Shown: positions 47,310-59,376, counted from the whole stretch's first letter. The stretch is 62,479 nt of DNA, filler included, from Globobulimina sp. (GCA_003354225.1; 19 parts of 19 records of this genome joined end to end with filler, not necessarily neighbours in it), one strand, 5' to 3'. The notes: generated by a model from the letters alone, not told the origin. A program made the numbers and translations.

Positions 47310-47874
47310 TCAGTGATTTTTGTCACCTTTGCTCCTTTTTTGAATATAAATGTATGCCATCAGAATCATTATTAATTGCAAAGGTAATCGGAAATTTGCT
47401 TGAGATTGGGTCGCGCCTACTTTTTTTTGTGATTCTTTCGAAATTGCCATATAAATATTTGCTGGAAATACAGCTAACAATGTTGAAATTGTTAAATATC
47501 CGCCAATATTTTGTGTGGACGAAAACAATGATAAAACACCCCCTAATATTTCAAATACGCCGCTTACATAAATTAGTTCCGCTTTGTATGGAAGTATTGG
47601 TGGCATTATACTCATATAAAAAGGCATCATCTTAGCATCGAAATGTACATAACCTAAATAAAATACATTACAATTTACAAGTTGAGAAAAAAGAATATTC
47701 AGTATATACATGATGACCTGCTAAAATCATAAAGATTGATAAGAGATAACGAGAGATATTTTGAGCTAATTTTGGTTGAATACCAAAGCAGTTTCCGACA
47801 ATACATATAGAGCCAATTCCGTTCACCATCATCAACATTAACGTGGCTCTTTTAGCTGCATCTGCGTTGGTCAT
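47310..47874 (-). CDS. DoxX-like (COG4270-type) small membrane protein, intron 47654-47717
   Basis: Spliced AGYVHF, then MPPILP, YVSGVFEILGG, AVFPANIYMA and RLPLQ. Confidence 0.82.
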
Positions 47875-47928
47875 TGTTTAAATTAAGTTTTGAGCTCTCG
47901 ACTGTTTTATTTCGTGCAACAACCGAAC

Positions 47929-49032
47929 ATGTCACAAAGTGATGAAAAGAAACAGAATGACAATGAAGCATCGAATATTAACAGAAAATGGACATTTTAT
48001 AGAAAACAGTGTGGCGATAATTTGCAATTCATAAATGGCAAAACAATTAAAAAAACGGCAGAAGATAAACAATGGAGTACATGTTTATTAAATACAACAC
48101 CAATAAGCAGTTCAATGTGCACTCAATTTATTGTAGAATATACATGGATATCAGGTTGGTGGATACATCCTGGATTTATCACATCCGCCATACATAAATC
48201 TGTGACGAATTGGAATGCGCATCTTGGCAGAAAACCGCATAATTCACTGCATTCTGTTGGATTTTTACTCGACCTTTCTGGTAAAGATTGGAGTGTTTAC
48301 AGCAAAAAGCAGTTTGGGCAGGCATCGGCATACAAAGCAAAAGATAACTTCAGAAATGGTGATCGATTCGCTTTTCTATTTGATTTCCAGTCCTCTCAAT
48401 GCATAATATATCACAATGACACAAAAGCAGAGACCTTAACATTAGAAACAAAGTCAGTGATTCCTGGATTAGCTTTGTATTGGAAATCAACTCAAGTTGC
48501 AATAACAAAATGGGAGCTAATTAATGCCAATTGGAAATATACAAAAATGATAAAATGGGGAAATAATGATGTATTGGCCTGGATAAATAATATGAAAAAT
48601 GAGTTTGATAAAATATTGAAAGAGGTTAAACAGTGTCAATGCACTGGAAAAGATATCATGTCATTACAATCGGTGCAAAATATTGGTGAATCATTTGATA
48701 TTTAAGATAATAGAGAGTTATGTAAATATATTCTAGCAAAGATTGAGAATTTTAAGGTCGCGGAGATAGTAAATGGTGCAGATAATAAATTATTTAATAT
48801 TAATATTTTCAGTCAAGGAAAGCATGTTGTTTTGAATGAGAAAGTATCAAAAACAGTGACTGTGCAATATATTAAAGTGTTATATAAAATTCAATCAAAA
48901 GTGAATGCAGATGTTGATCACATTGAATTTTATTGTAAAAATAAGTTATTACCGTTAAATTTGCGACCGATGCGGGCAATGCAGACAAATGACGACATGT
49001 TTTTTTTTTATCATTTGCTAAAGTGTTGTTAA
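47929..49032 (+). pseudogene. SPRY-like + SAM-like + ubiquitin-like protein interrupted by an in-frame TAA at 48703-48705
   Basis: GDRFAFLFDF (SPRY-like) and KWGNNDVLAWI..CTGKDI (SAM-like). The same frame continues after the single stop into ORF 48832-49032. Confidence 0.55.
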
Positions 49033-49061
49033 TTTTTGTTCATTTCAGTGACACCTTTCTC

Positions 49062-49316
49062 TTAAAAATCTCTATATTCAGATTCATCATCATCATCGTC
49101 ATCGTCATCGTCATCGTCATAGTCAGACTCAGATTCATCATCATCATCATCATAATAACCAGCACAATAATCCTGTTTATCTTGCCACTCAGTGACCAAA
49201 TCACGTATATTTTTATCAGCAATTTGAAAGTCTTCTTGTTCTGTTCCTTCTCTTTTATAACAATGGAAATAAGATTTCCGTTTAAATGCTTTGGCAAAAC
49301 AAGCAGACACGATTTG
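49062..49316 (-). CDS. C-terminal fragment with poly-Asp tail
   Basis: Contig-edge ORF ending in a GAT/GAC repeat (DDDDDESESDYDDDDDDDDDDDE). Confidence 0.45.
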   Translation of the reverse strand, partial: QIVSACFAKAFKRKSYFHCYKREGTEQEDFQIADKNIRDLVTEWQDKQDYCAGYYDDDDDESESDYDDDDDDDDDDDESEYRDF

Positions 49317-49633
49317 NNNNNNNNNNNNNNNNNNNNNNNNNNNNNNNNNNNNNNNNNNNNTTAATTAATTAANNNNNNNNNNNNNNNNNNNNNNNNNNNN
49401 NNNNNNNNNNNNNNNNTGCCCTTCATATACGAATCCCGGCATGATTCAGTTCCATTACATTCAATGTAGCAATCATACCCATCAAGGCATGAAATGGTTG
49501 CATGAATACATAAATATGGGAAAGAATTACAAAAACAAAACTGAGTTTTTTCTTCTTCATTAATAATGCATCTTAAATGCGACAAATCGGTCCCTTTTGG
49601 ATAAATTATTAATTATATACGAATTTGTATCAA

Positions 49634-49806
49634 TTATTACATTTTCAGATTTTATAACAACATGTTACCCCTAATAACATTTTATTTTGTATGCGAAATC
49701 TCAAAAATAATTTTTTGTTTGAGAAAAGTTATTTTTTTTGTCATATATATATCCATAAAATGTTATTATGGGTAACATGTTGTCATAAAATCTGAAAATG
49801 TAATAA
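49634..49806. repeat. 51-bp inverted repeat pair (MITE-like / foldback)
   Basis: 49634-49684 matches the reverse complement of 49756-49806 at 49 of 51 positions. Confidence 0.9.
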
Positions 49807-49864
49807 AACGTTAGAAACGATATCTGACTTTGAATATTATTGATAACGTTTTAGTTGAATATTT

Positions 49865-50341
49865 TTAACTGATTGGCTGCATTGCCTGGTTGTTAGGATC
49901 ACAGCTAAGATGCATTTGGTAATTGCCATACTCATTGGATCCACCAATGCCGATATAATAGATATTATTAAATAATTTGTTTGTACTTAATTGTGCCATA
50001 TATGCACATTCTCCATCATCATCGGCTGAAGTAATCGTTGCCCAATTACTATTGTAAAGATATAAATATGTATTATAGTCTGAACCACACGAATCAAATA
50101 ACGTATATAGGCCAGAATTGTTTGTTTCATTTATTGTCAATGAATAATACGCAATGTCTCCTAAATGACTTATGTTGCCATAAATCGTATCACCACACTC
50201 AATCAAACCTTCTATTTGTCGAAGTATATTGTGTGTTGACGTAGGTATGTGTGTGTTGAACAGATTAAACATACCAATTGCTTGTGAATTAGTTATGATG
50301 CATAGCAGGTATGATATGGAAAAATATAAAGCAAAGCGCAT
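49865..50341 (-). CDS. Secreted protein with a PPC-like domain, probably continuing into Cys-rich sequence at 49417-49540
   Basis: Signal peptide, CGDTIYG, FDSCGSDYNTYLYLY, SADDDGEC and YYIGIGG..GNY. Confidence 0.6.
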   Translation of the reverse strand: MRFALYFSISYLLCIITNSQAIGMFNLFNTHIPTSTHNILRQIEGLIECGDTIYGNISHLGDIAYYSLTINETNNSGLYTLFDSCGSDYNTYLYLYNSNWATITSADDDGECAYMAQLSTNKLFNNIYYIGIGGSNEYGNYQMHLSCDPNNQAMQPIS

Positions 50342-50397
50342 GGAAATAGTGTGAGGTGTTTAAAAATGGAAATAGTAATAAATAATAAACTTTTTTT

Positions 50398-50961
50398 TCA
50401 AAAGAAATCACAAACTAACCACCTTGGCACCTTTGCACAATAATCCTTAAATTGTTGTCCAAAATATTTTAATAATCCTTGTTCCTCTCGGGGTATAACG
50501 ATAAATTGTGAATAAACATAAAACAATGCCAATCCCGTTAAATGTAAATAGTTATCTGCTATGATGGAAGCGCCCAAAATAACGCCCATTCCGCCGACAT
50601 ATAACGGATTCCGTGTATACGCAAATGAACCATTGGTCACTAAGTTTCTCACAGGTTTGCCATGACGAGGACCAACATCTTGTTCACTCATTGCTTTCTT
50701 ACCTGAACTTTGCATCCAATTTCCACATACAATCAATGCTGAACCAAATATGCCACGCCATAATACAGCATTGTTATTTGCAGTAACATACTGCGGCAAT
50801 GGTGATATTACTGATAGCGGCAATGATGGCATATATTTACCAATCTTAGACCAATAATTTAAATTCCTTTTGCCAGTGAATTGAATTATTAGTGGCAATC
50901 CTAAATTCGACAATAACAGCCACAATGGGCATACAGGAACGTTCACAATCGCACCATCCAT
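50398..50961 (-). CDS. Isoprenylcysteine carboxyl methyltransferase / PEMT-family membrane methyltransferase
   Basis: LVTNGSFAYTRNPLY and EE..L...FG..F..Y..KVPRW motifs. Confidence 0.87.
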   Translation of the reverse strand: MDGAIVNVPVCPLWLLLSNLGLPLIIQFTGKRNLNYWSKIGKYMPSLPLSVISPLPQYVTANNNAVLWRGIFGSALIVCGNWMQSSGKKAMSEQDVGPRHGKPVRNLVTNGSFAYTRNPLYVGGMGVILGASIIADNYLHLTGLALFYVYSQFIVIPREEQGLLKYFGQQFKDYCAKVPRWLVCDFF

Positions 50962-51088
50962 ATTTTGTTTCCAAAAACACAAAGATCGAAAATCTTTTTA
51001 ATAAATAAATCTTTGAGCAAGCATGATCGCAGAGTTTCATTGCACCCTTCGACAAAGCCACGACATCCACCATTATGTTCAATATGAG

Positions 51089-52340
51089 ATGACATCTTTA
51101 TTATGTTACTCAGGTGTTATTGGATTTAGTTTGGTTGTAACATTTGGACTAATATCATTGATATTAATTTGCCATAAATTTCTATGGCATGCGTCAAAAA
51201 TGAATAACAAAATATTTTATGCAGCAATTAGCTTTTATTCCTCATTATGCATTGCATTCGGTATACAAATATACACATTAACATCATTTGGAGAATTTTT
51301 TATTTCAGAAAATCCGTTTCGAAAAATATTATATGCACAATATATATTTGAATTTATTTATAACATTTCCGGATATACCTTTGTTGTTTTTCAATTATTC
51401 TTTTCATTAAAAGGATCTGCATTTGCTCTCTCCAAATCTATTATGAATTTGCATTGGATTATTGCGCTAATAGCGACACTGTGTTATATTGCGCGTTTTT
51501 ATTTGTATACAAGTGACCATTTCACATCCGCCAGAAATATGGGTGCTTTTACTATATTCATTGGTTTTTGTGGCTTGTTTCATATTTCATGCATATTTGA
51601 TAGAAAATTGTATTTATTTATTGGTACAATCCGTTTTTGTTTTAATATCTATTTATATGCGTATTTAATATGTATTTAAATCGTAGACAGTTACATATAA
51701 TATGCATACAAATTGATATTTGAAAAACGGATATTTTTATAGTTGACAGAAACGCAAATATTTCAAACGCAAAACTTGATATCAATCATATGGACAATGC
51801 GAACTTTGCTAAAATGTTTAAAGTGATTACAAAAATATCGGTTTTAATGAGTGTTATGATTTGTTTTGGTTTATTACGGATTATAATTGGTATCATTGAT
51901 GGTTTAACGGGCGGCCATGAATATTATATAATTTATATATATGCACATATAATATATATGTTTGCAGTGAGCTTATGCATATTTTTAACATTATCCATAA
52001 ATCAAAGCATTTATGATATGCTATGCGTGAAATGTGATAAAAAATGTAACAAATATGCAAATCATTTGCATTGAAATCAGCCAAAGAGGAAATTGCAATG
52101 AAACAGAATTTGAAATATGTAGCAAATCATATGAAGATAAATATTGCCGCAAATATAAATCAACAGACACCAAAAACACCTGAAAGCAGTTCAAGTGGCG
52201 AACTAAAAACAGCGGAGAGTGTGAAACAAATTATTCTTGAAACAGTAACACAGTGTCAGTCAATCATTATTGATGAAGAGGAGGATTTATCCATTGGTGA
52301 TATGGACGAGATGGATCGGTATCGATCTACGCATTTATAA
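51089..52340 (+). CDS. 7TM GPCR-like protein, intron 51624-51742, with a probable 1-nt frameshift near 52050
   Basis: The intron joins ORFs 51023 and 51790 in frame, giving seven TMs ending YDMLCVKCD. The alternative frame continues ICKSFALKSAKEE to 52340. Confidence 0.65.
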
Positions 52341-52707
52341 GCAGTATTTTTTATACTTTCATACGTGCAGTGTTTTTAAATATATTTTTTTTGTGTGTTT
52401 TTATAATAAAGTTTATATAGTATTTTAATATAGTATTTTATCAAAATAGTTGACTTTTTAGGTTCACACTTGTAAACACTTCTTTTAGTAGTGGGACAAC
52501 ATTCGGCTTAAAATATAAATAACATATAGTTACAATATTAAAAACAAGTGCGAGATTGGTTGCTTCAAACATACAAACATGCCAACAATGTATATTAACA
52601 TCCCGATNNNNNNNNNNNNNNNNNNNNNNNNNNNNNNNNNNNNNNNNNNNNTTAATTAATTAANNNNNNNNNNNNNNNNNNNNNNNNNNNNNNNNNNNNN
52701 NNNNNNN

Positions 52708-54557
52708 TGGCAGTTAACAGTCAATTCTAAAAATGATAAATGTGCAGTTTTGGTTTTTTTGTGAACAGTTATTTTAAAACCAACATCCTCTCCATGATCC
52801 TTAAATTCTGGAATGATTGTAATTTCCCCTGTTTGTGTATTATCATCTTCCAAAAGAATATCATATTCTGATTCTGAATATTTTTTTGTAATATCCATGT
52901 GTGTTAATATTTCTGTCAAATTATTTTGAAACCATTGCAAATTATCACCATCTTTGACTATTTCATTATTATTTTTTCGTTTTGCTTCCTTTAATTGTTT
53001 CATCTCGTCATCATATTTTCCTATTTGATCCTCTGAAACATTCATTCTAGCCACTGGATCAATTAAAGGAATAATTTGTCTTTCATCTAAATTTATCCAT
53101 TCAGTTTCAGACAACCATTTAAAGAAAGAAACAAATTTTTTCCATTGTATAAAATTACGCTCTTTTCTAATTTTACTCCAATATCTGACACCAATAATTT
53201 TAGTTACTGGTTTTCCTTTACAATGATGTGATATTGCGTTTGCTGCATGTCCATGACAAGAGAAAAGTAAAGAGTTTAGTTCAGATATATGTCTCTCTCC
53301 AATGCAAATACCAAATGTTATTTCAAGAAATGTTCTTAATGAACATTTATTTATAACCCAACTAATGCCATTTTTTAATTTTCTGTCCCAATCAGTACAA
53401 AATGCTGGAACCTTAACATCATAATATTTCCTGACAAATAACCACCATTTATTTAATAAAGCCTGAAATGATTGTTCACCCCAGTCTCCAGCCATAAATT
53501 CAAAAATTGTCAAAGGCATTCGTCCTGCTGGGTGCCTGACAAATCCAATAGTATGACATAATTTTCTACCAAATGGGTTTGTAACAAGATTGCCCATATC
53601 ATCTACAAAAATACCTTCTTTAAAGCAATCTGCATATTGCCACAATGGATTACATGTCTTTCTATGATATATAGCAAATTCAGTGTTCAATGGATCACAA
53701 ACGGGATACCACCCTATATCATTCCATTCTAAACCTTCCTGATCTGCTGTTTTAATTTCGTCTCTTTTATATTGTATCCCTTGATTTATTAATTGTGGAA
53801 TCCAATTTTGTTTTTCTTTCCCAATCTTATCAAATACATCAAGTGTTTCCATAATTTCTTGTTTATTTATGTGATGACTTAATACATTTTGTACTTGTTG
53901 TACATCTTTGAAATGTCCATCAGTATTACAAAACAATGATCTCTCAGTATTTTTTGTAATTTGTAAATCATGATCCCATATCTCAGTCGCTTTTTTACCT
54001 TTTAAATCCATCTTTTCCCAATGTAATTTATTAATGCTGCCTTGTCTCTGATGTGACCAATGTTTACATATTGGTTTACCTTTAAATGTAATCATTATAT
54101 ATGATTGTGATGAGTTATAAATGCAACTACTTAAAGATACTGATATTTCAAACTCAGTGGAGCAACCAATTTGCTTACATTGACCTTCCCAAACACAATG
54201 ATCACTTATTCCATTGCCATATTTTAATTTTCTATGTTTATTGAATTTGATTGGAATCCATGTTGGCCATTTGGAACTGGTTGATAGCAAATAAAATACA
54301 AATTCCCTGCTATGTGAAGCGCTAACAGGAAATACTACATCATTGTTTCGGACGACATTTATTACGTGTTGCAGTAATTCACCTGTTGGTATCTCAATAC
54401 AAATATTGTTGTAACTAAAATCTGGACCATCAAATGTCCAAACATCTTCAATTGTTCCATCATGTTTCTTTGCATAGTCTACTCTAGGTTTTCTAGTCGC
54501 GTTGGCAAAATAAGTATCATGAACATGTTGTGATTGCAACACTTTCGAATGGGCCAT
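52708..54557 (-). mobile_element. Mutator/NOF-FB-like DDE transposase, 3'-truncated
   Basis: Intronless ORF of more than 600 codons with a Zn-finger-like CKQIGC..CKH. Acidic motifs IFVDDMG and PAFCTDWD..LKNG, and CxxH (SCHGH), occur in MULE order. Confidence 0.65.
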
Positions 54558-54799
54558 TAAGAATACAATGAAGAATGTAATAAACATTAACCTTCTCGTT
54601 GATGACTATGATATGGAGATGACTATGAAGATGAAAAGAAGTGTATGACGATGAGTATTAATAGATTTTATGCGGTAATTAATGTATTTATAGCAATTAT
54701 GGCAATTATGAATGAATATGGACAGTTATTTATTAATCAACAGTTTTTATATTCAAAATAATGCACAGTCGCAGTTATGTCGCAGTTAAGTAATAAATT

Positions 54800-54907
54800 A
54801 AACATAAACAATGAAAGATAAAACATAAACAATAAAACATAAACAATGTAATTAAACAGTGTTTATTGTTTATGTTTATTGTATATTGTTTATGTTTAAC
54901 TGTTTAA
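54800..54907. repeat. Array of AAACATAAACAAT direct repeats (x3) and their inverse ATTGTTTATGTTT (x2)
   Basis: Direct copies at 54800, 54821 and 54835. Inverted copies at 54865 and 54885. TTAAACAGT and ACTGTTTAA also pair. Confidence 0.85.
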
Positions 54908-54921
54908 AGAGATTTTTATAA

Positions 54922-55659
54922 ACTAATGATAATATCGTGGCAATACGTGCCGTTGCAGATAAATATCAAATATCAATGTTGGCAGAGTTATGTGATAAAT
55001 ATTTCTCGTCTTGTTTGGATGTACAAAATATTTGTTTATTACTATCAAAATCCATTGCAATAAAATTGGATTTATATGTTGCAAAATGTATACAAGCAAT
55101 CAAATCAAGCTTTGGTGCGTCGGCAGAGAAAGTAATAAAATCAGATGGTTTTTTGGCAATGAATGTGGAAACAATGATATTATTTTTACAAATCGATGAG
55201 TTAGTAATTAAGGAGGAGTATTTGTGGAAATATGTAGTAAAATGGAGTTCGAATCAAAGTATTGTTAAACATGCACATTGCGACGAAACTGCACCATCCC
55301 ATAAGAGGCAAAAATTAAACAATGGACTTGCTAACGAAGAAAAAAAAAGTAATTATGCAGTCACATTATTAAAACAAATTTGTCCATTCGTTCGATTTGG
55401 TTTAATGAATGGAAACTATTTTGTGAAAAACGTGCGACCATTTAATTGTTTGACACACAAAGAAATGACAGATATTTTGTGTCATATTCAATGTAATGAT
55501 GAAGAATGTGGAATATTCTGTGTTAAACCTCGAGAGAAAAAAATAAAAATAGAACCATCGGCATATTCATCGCCTGCAGCTGTGGGAATGGCTCGGCATC
55601 TTTGGAATTCTCATAATCATAATCGAATAAGATCTAGATATTCAAATAAGAAAAGCTGA
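54922..55659 (+). pseudogene. BTB-BACK protein lacking most of its BTB domain
   Basis: TNDNIVAIRAVADKYQI..L..LC, FL.M, L.IKEEYLW..VVKW and PFVRFGLM motifs. An in-frame TAA sits directly upstream, with no start codon or in-frame acceptor. Confidence 0.65.
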
Positions 55660-55998
55660 GTTTTTTTTGGGAGATAGAGCAATGCTTTGCGCTCTAATTT
55701 AAATTAATCTGTGCAAGGATTGTTAATTATAAATTGATGTCTGCTATAATATAAAAATGGATTTAATTGCAATCATTGTAACATAATAAAGAGAGACCTT
55801 GGAGTGTATTAAGGGAGGGACCTCCTGCAAGGGAGTGGTGTGAGGAGCTGACCCCTAAAGGGTGGAAGGTAGCCCTAAAGTGAGAAGTGATTGAAAAGNN
55901 NNNNNNNNNNNNNNNNNNNNNNNNNNNNNNNNNNNNNNNNNNTTAATTAATTAANNNNNNNNNNNNNNNNNNNNNNNNNNNNNNNNNNNNNNNNNNNN

Positions 55999-57351
55999 CC
56001 TTTTGTTCGTCAATCTCAATGCCTAAACCTGGTCCAGTTAATAATGTGACACATCCATTGTCATCGACATCCAATACACTTTTATTTTTAACATAATCCA
56101 ACAGATCAGCTTTACCATCAACATTATAATGAATACCCATTGAACTTTCTTGAAATACAAAATTAACACAAACAGCATCAACTTGTAAACAGGAAGCAAA
56201 TGCAATGGGCCCCAATGGAGAATGTGGCGCTAACGATACTTCATAACATTCAGCTAAACGTGCAATATTTAATAAATTTGTGATTCCACCACAATGTGAT
56301 ACATCCGGTTGAATTATATTTACAAACCGTTTCTCAAATAAATCTCTAAATTGTTCCATATTATACATTCTCTCTCCAGTTGCAATTGGAATATACGTCG
56401 AGTTCACAATATCTCTTTAAAACACACAAAAATCCGAAATTATATATTGAAAAACAAGTGTTTTTACATTGTTATAATTTTAATGTTTTAAAAACATGTG
56501 TTTCTATATAATTTATCAGACTTCAATGCGTTATTTTGCGATGGATGAACCACCTCCTCATAAAACAAAGGATTGTATTTTTGTAATTTAACCATCATTT
56601 TCTTAGCCATCGGTATTTTAACTCTTCCATGAAAATCCAATCCAATTTCAACATCATTACCAATGGCATTCCGAACATATTTCATTCTCTCAATTGCTTT
56701 CTGAACAGCTTTTTCTGTGTCAACATATTCCATTTTACCGCAGGCATTCATTTTTAGCATTTTATATTTTGTATTTTTCAATACATTCAATGCAGATTCT
56801 GCTGCATTTTGCGGTGTATTATCACCATCACCACCACACCAACAATATACTTTCAATTTATTGCGAACAGCACCACCCAATAACCTATGTATTGGAACAT
56901 TTAATATTTTGCCAGTGATGTCCCACAAACACTGATCGATTCCTGATATAGCACTCATAACAACTGCATTGCCATTGGAATAAAATTTTGAGCGATAAAA
57001 CTTCTGCCAAATATAATTGATTTGTGTTGGATCTTGATTTGATATTAAATCCATTAATTCGTTAACTGCTGCGGCAACCGTATCTGTATATCCTTCAAGA
57101 TTTGGTTCTCCCCATCCAATGACACCATTCTCTGTTTCAATACGAAGAAATAACCATCTTGGTGGTACTTTAAATAATTCATATTTCTTGATTTTATCTG
57201 TTTTTTTGATTATATTTGCTGTCGGATTCATTGCGAATTCTTTTTTATTGTAGTTTCCTGTCAGGTGATTTAAAATTTTATTAAGCCGAACATTTGAATT
57301 GATATTGGAGCTTATTGCAGTTGGGATTTGAGGTAATTTATTTAGAGCCAT
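55999..57351 (-). CDS. dgoD: D-galactonate dehydratase-like enolase-superfamily enzyme (DgoD-like), intron 56415-56521, 3'-truncated
   Basis: VPPRWLFLRIET..G..GWGEP.LEG, SAISGIDQCLWDI, LLGGAVR, LDFHGR, FYEE, PIATGER, QPDVSHCGGI, APHSPLGP and QESSMGIHYN. Confidence 0.88.
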
Positions 57352-57528
57352 TGTTATTTTATAACTTAAAAAAAACTGGAAATTGATGTCTTCAAACACA
57401 CTAACCATCATAGACAACATTATTGCTTTCATAGATTCCCAAGGTTTATTACAAAAATAAAATACATATCCTGGTTGTACGTGTCATTCAAAAGCAACTA
57501 CATACTGTGCAATTACATAGATTCCAAA

Positions 57529-58020
57529 ATGAGTGAGGCATCAAAAAAAGAAAAAGAAACAGAATCAAAAGTGGAAGCAACTTATAAATCAGGAATTGAT
57601 TATGATGATAATAATGTATTCAGTAAAATTATCGCCGGAACAATACCATGTTATAAAATTTTTGAAAACGATCAAGTTCTTGCGATATTAGATGCATTTC
57701 CCTCTGTTGAAGGGCATTCATTGTTGATCTCAAAAATTAATAAACCCACAATATTGGATTTCACAGAGAACGAAGCAGCAAATTATTTAAAATATTTACC
57801 AAAATTATCACAAATTGTTAAAACAGCCACCCAATGTTCAGCAGTAAATGTGATCAGTAATAATGGTTATGATGCGGGACAACGAGTGTTTCATGTTCAT
57901 TTTCATGTAATTCCACGAAGTAAAGATGACCATTTATTTAAAAATCCAGCTCAGTCAAAAGAAATGATCAACAATGAAAAAGCAAAAGCACTGTTATCCA
58001 AAATGGGAGTTACACACTGA
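57529..58020 (+). CDS. HIT (histidine triad, HINT-like) nucleotide hydrolase
   Basis: NVFSKII.G.IPCYKIFE, LDAFP...GHSL and NNG..AGQ.VFHVHFHVIPR. Confidence 0.95.
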   Translation: MSEASKKEKETESKVEATYKSGIDYDDNNVFSKIIAGTIPCYKIFENDQVLAILDAFPSVEGHSLLISKINKPTILDFTENEAANYLKYLPKLSQIVKTATQCSAVNVISNNGYDAGQRVFHVHFHVIPRSKDDHLFKNPAQSKEMINNEKAKALLSKMGVTH

Positions 58021-58236
58021 AAACAGTAACGTTTATTTTATTTTTACAGTATTTGCATTTTGTAACACTTGCTATCAGTATCAAACAATAGTTATATAAG
58101 CTAAAAAAATATTAAATCAACGTAATACGTATACAAAAAGAAACTTACCAAACAAACAATATCCAAATAATCCAATTTATCCATCAACACAAAATTCAAC
58201 AAAGAAAAACATAATAATTAAGTATAACACATGTCA

Positions 58237-59189
58237 TTACATGCCTAATGAGAAACTTTTCCGTCTTTTTTTAACCTTTCTTTTCGTTTTGATGCTCTTT
58301 GATGAATTAGCTCTGGGCGTACTTGATATCGATTTATTGGAAATACTACCAACGGATTTTACTGAGTTTATGGACGAAGATCTTTGCATTCTTTGCATTG
58401 CCCATGTTTTCTGAGGGTCTGCTGGTTTGCCATCACCATCCTCAAGTTTATCCAATTCAAGTGTTGTAATCATTGATTCCAAATCACGCGTACTATGCGC
58501 GTATTGTTTAGGTTTACACCGTTTCGGTTTAGCACCCAATGCATGCGAATGTTTTACATTCGTTTCCTGTTTATACTTATAAATACGATGAAAAACACAC
58601 ACTTTAGAAACAAAAACGAAAACAAAAAAACAACCTTTCTGTATATGGGGGAGGAGGAAGGATGGGATTAATTCGATGGCCTGGTATGCAGAGTGGGATT
58701 ATACACAAACGGGACAAACCTGATTTGTTCTCGTGATTTGGTTAAATATTTGTTTATTTCGTTGTATATTTGCATAAGCATTGGTCATTTTTGTTTTTAT
58801 AATTTTAACCGGCTTCTTTGGTGTATGTGGTGCGCTGGAACTGGGTGAATTTACTGAATTATTATTATTATTGTTATTATTATTGTTATTGTCAAGTTGA
58901 GTGAAATCTATATTGAAATCGGAATCATTTACGGCAGATTCATAGCTTTGCAATTCCTGCCATAGTATGCGTTGATGGCTTGTATTTACAATTTTCAATT
59001 TCAATTCAAAATCACTTTGTTGATGAATCTCTTTTTCCAGACTTGACATTGTGATCAAACCATTCGCTTCAAACATGGGTAAATACCGTCGCAACTGCAA
59101 TTTTTGCACCAACCATTTGCGGAATTGTTCAATTTCATATTTAAAATCATTGCATTGCTGTAAAAATAATTTACGATGGATTAAATTCT
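58237..59189 (-). CDS. SAM-domain-containing protein, C-terminal part, spliced
   Basis: KWLVQKLQLRRYLPMFEANG...LKIVNTSHQRILW is SAM-like. Intron edges near 58570-58720 are unresolved. Confidence 0.55.
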
Positions 59190-59376
59190 NNNNNNNNNNN
59201 NNNNNNNNNNNNNNNNNNNNNNNNNNNNNNNNNTTAATTAATTAANNNNNNNNNNNNNNNNNNNNNNNNNNNNNNNNNNNNNNNNNNNNAATTCCGTACT
59301 TGCATTGCTTTTTCGTTGTTGAGTGCAAGGATGTTTTACGATTTTCTTTCATTTTATCTATGTTTTTACCGGTTGC

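Noticed and set aside
48703-48705. Ciliate-type TAA/TAG reassignment
   Set aside because: Many well-supported genes end at TAA or TAG at the expected C-terminus, and long ORFs are free of internal TAR codons.
55790-55898. Purine/G-rich contig end with CCCTAAAG twice (telomere-like or tRNA-like)
   Set aside because: Not tandem, no cloverleaf, and too short to classify.
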